Below, piece after piece: positions 45,781 through 55,700 of a stretch of 64,000 bases of DNA. Below the pieces are notes generated by a model. That model was given only the letters and a program-made list of their open reading frames with translations. It was not told the DNA's origin and did not search any database. The stretch covers positions 124,001 to 188,000 of the forward strand of contig NIVC01000864.1 in assembly GCA_002269645.1 (NCBI GenBank). The letters are read 5' to 3'. Position numbers and translations under genes: made by a program. The stretch's first letter is position 1. Every line of letters begins with the position of its first letter. The stretch comes from Macrostomum lignano. Taxonomy: Eukaryota.

Positions 45781-46504
45781 TGACATCCGCCCAAACGCGG
45801 CAGTCAATCTCCATCAACACTATTTCAAGCTTCTTTTCTTCCCATTTTTTGCCTAATCCCCTACATTGATCCTTTCATTTTGTGAATGCTAAACCCCAAA
45901 TTTAAACTGGCATGCATTTCATTGTTTTTCAAAGGTTTTTCCCTAATCCGTCTGCTAAAAACTCCATTTGCAGACATGAATGGAAATGTTTTAGATTAAA
46001 TTTGCTAAAAATGGAGAAAAATCGAAATTAAAAAAAATTCAGCGCGGCTGCATTGAGAAAAACTGCTAAAAAAATAGAATCCAACAACAGGCAAATGGCA
46101 GAATATATCCAAAAAATTGCAGGCATACGCGGCACTTGTCAGTCAATTCTGAAAAAATGCTCACTTACTGGTTGTTGACTGTATCGAAAACAAAATGTAG
46201 TGAAATTTCACAGCTAGTACAAATACACCTTTTTCCCGCTTTGATCGAATGAGCCAAAATAGATTGAATCCTAAAGTGAAGACAGTTCACCTCTCTGGAG
46301 GAGATCAACGACTACCTGGACGATGGTAAAGACGCGGCCAGCAGCAAAGCTTCATCCGCTAATGACGATCGCTGATCCAAAAACCGTTTACCTTGACAAC
46401 CAAAATGATTTTCCAAACTGAAATATACAGATAGAATATGATTATGGATGCTGCACACTTGCAGTAAATTGCTTCTTTAATGAATTGTCTTTTTCAAGGG
46501 TTAT

Positions 46505-47075
46505 CACAGATCCCATGTTAGGGAGAAATCATCCCAGATCCCCATGTTAGGGAGAAATCATCCCAGGTTTCTCCCTAATATATTACTCGTAGGGAGAAAT
46601 CATCCCAGATCCCCATGTTAGGGAGAAATCATCCCAGATCCCCATATTAGGGAGAAATCATCCCAGGTCCTCATATGAGGAACCTGGATCCCATGTTAGG
46701 GAGAAATCATTCCAGATCCCCATGTTAGGGAGAAATCATCCCAGATCCCCATGTTACTCGTAGGGAGAAATCATCCCAGGTTTCTCCCTAATATATTACT
46801 CGTAGGGAGAAATCATCCCAGATCCCCATGTTAGGGAGAAATCATCCTAGATCCTCAAATTAGGGAGAAATCATCTCAGATCCCCATATTATTGGGTGAA
46901 ATCATCCCAGTTCCCCATATTAGGGAGAAATCATCCCAGATCTCCATATTAGCGAGGAATCTTCTCAGATCCCATATGAGCGAAACATCATCCCAGATCC
47001 CCATTTTAGTGACACATCATCCTAGATCCTCATATTAGGGAGAAATGATCCGAGATCCCCATATTAGGGAGAAAT
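46505..47075. repeat. About 29-bp minisatellite (AGGGAGAAATCATCCCAGATCCCCATGTT)
   Basis: Visible copies ending just upstream of the NPF gene 3 promoter. Confidence 0.9.
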
Positions 47076-47104
47076 ATGGAGGTGAGACTCTGATGAAGCG
47101 GCGT

Positions 47105-47149
47105 CCAATCAGAGAGCAGTGCAGCCAGCCTGCAAGATGCTGATATAAA
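47105..47149 (+). promoter_or_regulatory. CCAAT and TATA core promoter of NPF precursor gene 3
   Basis: CCAAT at 47105-47109, TATAAA at 47144-47149, ATG at 47221. Confidence 0.6.
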
Positions 47150-47220
47150 CTTGCCAGGTGCTATAATGATGTCTTCTTTCGCGCTCCTGTTTCGAATAAA
47201 GCTTCGCTGAGACACAGCAA

Positions 47221-47646
47221 ATGGCTGCTGCCAGAGGAATTAGCCTGCCGTGTCTACTCCTCATTCTGCTGTCGACTGCCGCTCTGGTCCAGTCGAAGTA
47301 TCTGCTCAAAGCGCCGCAGGAGGCCGCTGACAGCTTCGAATCGGCTGATGACGTAGCTGAATACCTGAATTACCTTAGCCGGTACTTCCGCTCCGTGAGC
47401 CGGCCTCGCTTCGGCAAGCGCAGCAGGTCGTCGTTTGACACCGCGGCTGCTACGGCCGAGTACATCAACGGCCTCAACAAGTACTTGCACTCGATGAGCC
47501 GGCCTCGCTTTGGCAAGCGCAGCAGGTCGTCGTTTGACACCGCGGCTGCGACGGCCGAGTACATCAACGGCCTCAACAAGTACTTGCACTCGATGAGCCG
47601 GCCCCACTTCGGCAAGCGCAGGTTACACCTGTACTATCTGTACTAA
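47221..47646 (+). CDS. NPF: NPY/NPF-family neuropeptide precursor 3: signal peptide plus three peptides (SRPRF, SRPRF, SRPHF, each followed by GKR), intronless, 141 aa
   Basis: MAAARGISLPCLLLILLSTAALVQS signal; cassettes end at 47412, 47511 and 47610; Tyr -10/-17 conserved; AATAAA at 47714-47719. Confidence 0.92.
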   Translation: MAAARGISLPCLLLILLSTAALVQSKYLLKAPQEAADSFESADDVAEYLNYLSRYFRSVSRPRFGKRSRSSFDTAAATAEYINGLNKYLHSMSRPRFGKRSRSSFDTAAATAEYINGLNKYLHSMSRPHFGKRRLHLYYLY

Positions 47647-47944
47647 CAACCCCTTTGAATAAGTGAAACGCACGCAGGTGAAGCTAATTAGAATTTAAAA
47701 CAGCTGTGGAATGAATAAATAACCGAAACAAATAAAACGAAACGGACACAGAGTCAAAAAGTACTTTTTGTTAATTGTGTCGCATCTGTCTGTTGCAATT
47801 TACTGCATTGATCATTATTTACTAGCAGATTTTTTACAGTAATAACCATGTTTGAATTCTCACAGAACGTTGACCATTCGCTTTTGATGAAAAACTACCT
47901 TTTAGAGCATTTTATTGTAGGCAAATGTTAATCACTCCGTTGAG

Positions 47945-48155
47945 CATGCTAGAAGAACAACTTTCCTCTTTGAGCATGTTGGAAGAGCAGCTTCCCCTTT
48001 GGTTGGAAGAGCAGCTTCCCCTTTGGTTGGAAGAGCAGCTTCCCCTTTGGTTGGAAGAGCAGCTTCCCCTTTGGTTGGAAGAGCAGCTTCCCCTTTGGTT
48101 GGAAGAGCAGCTTCCCCTTTTGTTGGAAGAGCAGCTTCCACTTTGAGCATGTTGG
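47945..48155. repeat. 24-bp minisatellite (TTGGAAGAGCAGCTTCCCCTTTGG)
   Basis: About 8 copies between the convergent 3' ends of NPF gene 3 and ROR. Confidence 0.92.
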
Positions 48156-48364
48156 AAGAGAGGGGTTTAATAACCTCAGCTTTGGAAACTATCTCAGGAG
48201 GGGTGCTCCTGCATTAGAGAAAGATACATGCTGAATCAAATGAGAACCGAATGTTTGCCAAAGCGGCTAGACAGTGCCGCAGGGAGGATTAACTAAAAAT
48301 CAATAAATACGACTTGGTCTCCAATGAGTTCAATGAGTTGACGGTCTGTCGATATGACCGTCAG

Positions 48365-49388
48365 TCACTGACAGAAGCTGCTGAATCCGCCGCCTACAGA
48401 AGGCGGCAGCGGCTGCGGATGCGGCGGCAGCGGCATCAGCCACGCTGACGAAGCTGAACCCGACGACAGCGTCGAGGAAGCTCCAACCTGCGGCGGCGTC
48501 ATCGGCATCGCCAGCTCCTCCGCGTGCCACAGCCGCAGCTGGTCGCGGGCGGCTCGGCTGGACAGGCGGGCACCGGCCGGGTCCGCCCAGAGCGCCAGCA
48601 TCAGGCCGAACACGCGGGCCGGACAGGCGGCCGGACAATCCAGCAGGCGGCGCGCCCGGATCAGGCCGATGACGGCGCTGTTGCCGCAGCCGCTGTAGGG
48701 CTGGGCGCCAAGCGACCAGACCTCCCACAGCAGCACCCCCAGGCTGTAGGCGTCGCTGTGCTCCGAGTAGCTGCCGTACAGAATTGACTCTGGCGGCATC
48801 CAGCGGATTGGAAGCCGGCCGCCGACGCCTCCTCCGCGCGACACCTGCAGCCGGTAATAGTCAGCTGAATAGGCTTCCCGGCACTGGCCGAGATCTCCCA
48901 GCCGGCAGTGCAGCAGCTGGCCGGGGCAACAAGCGTCCACCTGGACATTTCTGGCCGCCACGTCGCGGTGTACAAATCCCCGGCTGGCCAGGTAGTCCAG
49001 CGCGCAGGCCACCTGAGCAGCCGCGTGCAGCATCTGCTGCTGGCTGAGCGGCCCCGCCGGCGGCTCGCAGTCGCCGGACGCAGCCGAGGCCGAGGCGACC
49101 AGCAGCTCGTGAAGATCGCGACTGGCGGCGAGCTCGACGACGGTGCACCAGGGGGTCTGGCGCAGCGAGGCGCCCAGCAGCCGCGCCAGGTTGGGGTGGC
49201 CGCCGGCGCCCCCGGTGGCCTCGGCCTGGGCGCGGAACTCGACGAGGAAGCGCTGACGTTCGGCTGCGTCAGCGCCGGCTCGGAGGCAGCGAATGACCAC
49301 CGGAGTGAGCGAGCTGGCCGAGTGCAGGCCGATGAGCTCGCCGCGGTACGCCCGGCCGAAGGCGGCGTCGCCCAGCTGCTCACCGAAG
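48365..49388 (-). CDS. ROR: ROR-family receptor tyrosine (pseudo)kinase, exon 7/7: kinase domain and Ser/Pro-rich tail
   Basis: Acceptor cccacag|, phase 2; RFGEQLGDAAFG, HRDVAARN, DLG, YSADYYR, LPIRWMPPESILYG, SDAYSLGVLLWE; TGA at 48365-48367. Confidence 0.92.
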
Positions 49389-49494
49389 CTGTGGGAAATC
49401 ACGGATCAGCTGGTGAAATTCCTCATGGTTGAGTTTCACCAAGAAGGCGCCATTGCTGTTAATTTTCCAGGAACCTGTGAAAATTTTCTAGGAA

Positions 49495-49790
49495 ACACAA
49501 ATTCATATTTAAAGAGTCACAAATCAATATTTCCAAGAATCTCAAATTCATATTTCCAAGAATCCCAAATTCATATTTCCAAGAATAACAAAAATCCATA
49601 TTTCCAAGAATCACAAAAGTTAATATTTCCAAAAATCACAAAAATCCATATTTCCAAGAATCACAAAAATCCATATTTCCAAGAATCACAAAAATCCATA
49701 TTTCCAAGAATCACAAATTCATTTTTCCAAGAATCACAAATTCACATTCTCTTTCCAGGAATAACAAATCTATATTTCCAGGAATCTGTA
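49495..49790. repeat. Degenerate about 25-bp repeat (ATATTTCCAAGAATCACAAAAATCC) in ROR intron 6
   Basis: Recurrent ATATTTCCAAGAATC words. Confidence 0.8.
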
Positions 49791-49808
49791 ACAGGAAACA
49801 GTCCTCAC

Positions 49809-50130
49809 CGCAGCCGACTCAACGGGATCTCCATCGATGCGTCGCCAAAAAGCGGCAAATTTTCCCAGTCGTCGACGCGCAATGCCTTCAGCTGGCTCGA
49901 CGTCGGGTTCCATGGCGGAGCCGACTGTCGCCGCAGTCGCCGGATTCGACAGCCCGCCAGAAGCGCCAGCAGCGACAGCAAAGCCAGCGCCGTCAGGCCG
50001 CCCAAGCTGCCAAAAATCGGTGCCAGTGCCGGCAGGCTTCGAGCGCTGCCGCCACCAGACGGCGGACTGGGCCGGACCAGCGGAAACTCTTGGCCGTCTG
50101 CGGCTTGGCTCCCAGCGGTGGCCGATTCTG
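49809..50130 (-). CDS. ROR: ROR exon 6/7: transmembrane helix and juxtamembrane (…IFGSLGGLTALALLSLLALLAGC RIRRLRR…EIPLSRLR)
   Basis: Acceptor tcgcag| (a tandem CAGCAG site), donor |gtgagg, phase 1/2. Confidence 0.88.
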
Positions 50131-52745
50131 CTGCGAGTTGCGAATAGTCAAGGCAATAAAATTATGTGTAATTTTTGTCTGGCTCTCAACTCATGATTTA
50201 CGGCCTAACAGGTAGCACACTCCTATTTAACAGGTGCCACACTCCTATTTAACAGGTGCCACACTCCTATCTAACAGGTACCACACTCCAATCTAACAGG
50301 TGCCACACTCCTATCTAACAGGTGCCACACTCCTATCTAACATGTGCCACACTCCTATCTAACAGGTGCCACACTCCTATCTAACAGGTGTCACACTCCT
50401 ATCTAACAGGTGTCACACTCCTATCTAACAGGTACCACACTCCTATCTAACAGGTACCACACTCCAATCTAACAGGTGTCACACTCCTATCTAACAGGTG
50501 CCACACTCCTATCTAACAGGTACCACACTCCTATCTAACAGGTGCCACACTCCTATCTAACAGGTACCACACTCCTATCTAACAGGTGTCACACTCCTAT
50601 CTAACAGGTACCACACTCCAATCTAACAGGTACCACACTCCAATCTAACAGGTGCCACACTCCTATCTAACAGGTGTCACACTCCAATCTAACAGGTGCC
50701 ACACTCCTATCTAACAGGTGCCACACTCCTATCTAACATGTGCCACACTCCTATCTAGCAGGTACCACACTCCTATCTAACAGGTGTCACACTCCTATCT
50801 AACAGGTGCCACACTCCTATCTAACAGGTACCACACTCCAATCTAACAGGTGCCACACTCCTATCTAACAGGTACCACACTCCTATCTAAAAGGTACCAC
50901 ACTCCTATCTAACAGGTGCCACACTCCTATCTAACAGGTGTCACACTCCTATCTAACAGGTGCCACACTCCTATCTAACAGGTGCCACACTCCTGTCTAA
51001 CAGGTGCCACACTCCTATCTAACAGGTAACACACTCCAATCTAACAGGTGCCACACTCCAATCTAACAGGTGCCACACTCCAATCTAACAGGTGTCACAC
51101 TCCTATCTAACAGGTGACACACTCCTATCTAACAGGTGTCACACTCCTATCTAACAGGTGTCACACTCCTATCTAACAGGTACCACACTCCTATCTAACA
51201 GGTACCACACTCCAATCTAACAGGTGTCACACTCCTATCTAACAGGTGCCACACTCCTATCTAACAGGTGCCACACTCCTGTCTAACAGGTGCCACACTC
51301 CTATCTAACAGGTAACACACTCCAATCTAACAGGTGCCACACTCCAATCTAACAGGTGCCACACTCCAATCTAACAGGTGTCACACTCCTATCTAACAGG
51401 TGCCACACTCCTATCTAACAGGTGTCACACTCCTATCTAACAGGTGTCACACTCCTATCTAACAGGTACCACACTCCTATCTAACAGGTACCACACTCCA
51501 ATCTAACAGGTGTCACACTCCTATCTAACAGGTGCCACACTCCTATCTAACAGGTACCACACTCCTATCTAACAGGTGCCACACTCCTATCTAACAGGTA
51601 CCACACTCCTATCTAACAGGTGTCACACTCCTATCTAACAGGTACCACACTCCAATCTAACAGGTACCACACTCCAATCTAACAGGTGCCACACTCCTAT
51701 CTAACAGGTGTCACACTCCAATCTAACAGGTGCCACACTCCTATCTAACAGGTGCCACACTCCTATCTAACATGTGCCACACTCCTATCTAGCAGGTACC
51801 ACACTCCTATCTAACAGGTGTCACACTCCTATCTAACAGGTGCCACACTCCTATCTAACAGGTACCACACTCCAATCTAACAGGTGCCACACTCCTATCT
51901 AACAGGTACCACACTCCTATCTAAAAGGTACCACACTCCTATCTAACAGGTGCCACACTCCTATCTAACAGGTGTCACACTCCTATCTAACAGGTGCCAC
52001 ACTCCTATCTAACAGGTGCCACACTCCTGTCTAACAGGTGCCACACTCCTATCTAACAGGTAACACACTCCAATCTAACAGGTGCCACACTCCAATCTAA
52101 CAGGTGCCACACTCCAATCTAACAGGTGTCACACTCCTATCTAACAGGTGACACACTCCTATCTAACAGGTGCCACACTCCTATCTAACAGGTACCACAC
52201 TCCTATCTAACAGGTACCACACTCCAATCTAACAGGTGCCACACTCCTATCTAACAGGTGTCACACTCCAATCTAACAGGTGCCACACTCCTATCTAACA
52301 GGTGTCACACTCCAATCTAACAGGTACCACACTCCTATCTAACAGGTACCACACTCCTATCTAACAGGTGTCACACTCTTATCTAACAGGTGCCACACTC
52401 CTATCTAACAGGTACCACACTCCTATCTAAAAGGTCGCACACTCCTATCTAACAGGTGCCACACTCCTATCTAACAGGTGCCACACTCCTATCTAACAGG
52501 TACCACACTCCTATCTAACAGGTACCTAACACACTCCTATCTAACAAGTGCCACACTCCAATCTAACAGGTGCCACACTCCTATCTAACAGGTACCACAC
52601 TCCTATCTAAAAGGTCGCTCACTCCTATCTAACAGGTGCCACACTCCTATGTAACAGGTGCCACACTCCTATCTAACAGGTGCCACACTCCTATCTAACA
52701 GGTACCACACTCCAATCTAACAGGTGCCACACTCCTATCTAACAG

Positions 52746-55700
52746 TGTAGGCTTGCGCCTTAGCAGTGTCATTCTATATCGGCGTACATTCAACTCTCTA
52801 ACCATGCACGCGATAACCCCCCATTGACTAATATTTAAATACACGCATTGGCATTTACTCGTATTTGGAACTTTGCTATCTGTATCGATCCAAGCAAACT
52901 CACACGGCTTGTCAGACTTCCTACAGTGGCGTCGCAAACACACAAACCTACGCGAGGGCAATGGCCACTAACTACGTTTCACTGCCCCCACCAGAGCCGT
53001 TCTCAATTATCAGCGACCCTCACAATGCTGGCAAACGCTGGAGCGAGTGGTCAGCACGCTTTCAAGATTTCATTGACGCTTCGGGCATCACCAATGAAAA
53101 CCAACGGTGCAAGCTGCTAAGCTACACAGCAGGGAAAGAAATTGCAGACATAATCCGAGCTCTGCCCCCGCCAGCTGAAGGGAATCAGACCACACTCGAC
53201 AACACGCTAAATGCTTTAAAGCAGCAGTTTGACGAGAGAAAGAACATCGTCTTCGCTCGATACCAATTTAGGAACTGCATCCAGCAACAAGGAGAGAAAA
53301 TCGAAGCTTGGTATTCACGAATGCGTGCTTCAGCCGAGGCTTGTGAGTTCGAAAATCTGAAGGACTCCCTTATCAGAGACCAGCTTGTAGCGACCTGTAC
53401 ATCAGACAAGTTACGACGGCGGCTACTCCAAGAGACCAACATTTCCTTGGACGAAGCCCTGCGAAAAGCGAGAGCGTTTGAAGCAGCGGAGGAGCAGGCA
53501 TCGGAGATGCAGAAAACAGATTCGCAGGTGGCAAGCGTTACAAGATCCAACAAGCCCCGGATGAACGGACGCGAAGCATCCAGCACCGCCAGCAGCAGCA
53601 GCAGCAGCAGCAGCAGGCAATCTCAACAGCAGACATGCTACCGCTGCGGACAAAAAGGTCACTCTACATGCGACTTGGCGAGAGGAAAAATCTGCCTCAA
53701 CTGCGGGAAAACCAATCACCTAGCCAAAGCATGCCGCAAAGCACGCTCGAGTAACAACACGATTCGATCGCAAGTCAGCGCTAACCTAGTGAGCACCTCA
53801 CCGGAGCCAAACTTCGATGCTAGCATCGGCGAAGACGTTTTTGGCTTGTGCAAAGACAGCAGCTACCCAGCAGACGTCTCGTTAACTGTCGAAATCGGAG
53901 ACTGTAAGCTACCGGTGATGGTGGACAGCGGAGCCAGCTGCAGTATCATGAGCATCAAAACATTCCGGCAGCTGGGTGATCAGCGAATTCGAACCACCAA
54001 GGTAAAAGTTCATGCATATGGAACGCCCGAACCTCTCAAAATCATCGGTACTGCGAGCTTAGGCATCAAAATAGGTACCGCTAGCGCAACTGTGCCTTTC
54101 CACGTTCTCGACGGCGACGGTCTAACGATACTCGGACGCCAAGCTGCCTTTGAGCTAGGAATCCTGCATATCCAGCGGCCAATTCTCAGCCAGACAGAAG
54201 ATGTCAACTCCAACGTCAAGGCAGCCGAGGGGTATAAAAGCCAGAATATTCAGGACATCTTGCATCAGCACAAAAAAGTATTTGACGGAATTGGATGCAT
54301 CAAAGGCGTGCAGGTCGAAGTTCAGCTGTCGGACAACGCGGCCCCGGTGTGTCATCCGCCAGCCCGAGTTGCAGCGCATCTCCGAGAATCTGTTATCAAG
54401 GAGCTGAAAGACTTAGAAAGGCAAGATATCATCGAGCCAGTAAAAGGACCCTGCGCGTGGGTGGCCCGCATGGTAGTAGTTCCAAAGGACGATGGCGGAG
54501 TCCGAATCTGCCAGGACCTGCGCAACCTAAACGCCTATGTCATCCCTGAAAAACAACAAATACCGACATTGGACGAGGTCACCGAGGAAATGTCCGGAGC
54601 CAAGCTGTTCAGCGAGCTAGATATTCGTAAAGCCTTTTACCAGATCCCAGTGCACGAGAACAGCCGGCACCTTTTCACATTTAGCACGCCGCTCGGACTA
54701 ATGCGCCTCAAAAGACTGAGCATGGGCTTTACGAATGCATCCGAAATCCTACAAAGAGTCATGCTCGGCGTGCTTAGCGGAATCGATGGTGTTCGTTGGG
54801 TCCACGACGACGTCATCGTATACGCTTCGGACCTGCAAGAGCACTGCAAAAGACTCGAAGCCTGTCTGCAGCGTCTCGAAGAATTCGGAATTACGCTAAA
54901 TAAGTGCAAATTCGCCGTCCCCGCTGTCGAGTTCTTGGGAATGCGCCTATCTGCAAAGGGAGTGCAGCCTGCTAATGAGAAGATCGAAGCTATGAAGCAC
55001 TTCAGACAGCCGACCAACGTATCCGAAGTTCGCTCGTTCCTAGGCACAGCAAACTTTCTGGCAAAATTCATACCTAACTTCGCTGATGTCTCCGCACCGC
55101 TGCGCAGATTAACAAAGAAAGGGGAGACATTCGAGTGGACTGCCAGCCACTCAAAAGCCTTCGAAGAGATCAAATTGATCATCAGTAAGGCAGAAACTCT
55201 TGCCTTTTTCGACCGCAAACACCAAACAGAGCTTATAGTTGACGCATCACCAATCGGACTTGGTGCGATCCTGACACAAAAGCAGCCGGACGGAATCTGC
55301 AGACCAGTGGCTTACGCCAGCAGAGCGCTGTCACAAGTTGAGCAGCGGTACGCCCAGATTGAGTGGGAGGCGCTGGCTATCAAATTTGGCTGCTTGAAGT
55401 TCGAAAACTACCTGGCTGGTGATCCAAGTTTTACAGTGGTGACCGACCACCGACCGCTCCTGCCACTCTTCAGACCAGGATCCCGCCCGCCACCACGGAT
55501 TGAACGCATGGTTCTTCGGATTCAACACCTCCGCTTCAACTTGGTGTACAGACCAGGGCCGTCCAACCCAGCTGATCTACTAAGCCGCCAACCGCTTCCA
55601 GAGATCAGGAAAAACTGGGGAGAGGTCTTCGACACCGCATACGTCAACGCTGTATCAACAGGAGCCGTGCCAAAAGGTTTCAGTGCGGAACAAATCCGAG

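Noticed and set aside
47089-47120. CTGATGA hammerhead-ribozyme core
   Set aside because: No downstream GAAA or flanking stems; the site is part of the NPF gene 3 promoter region.
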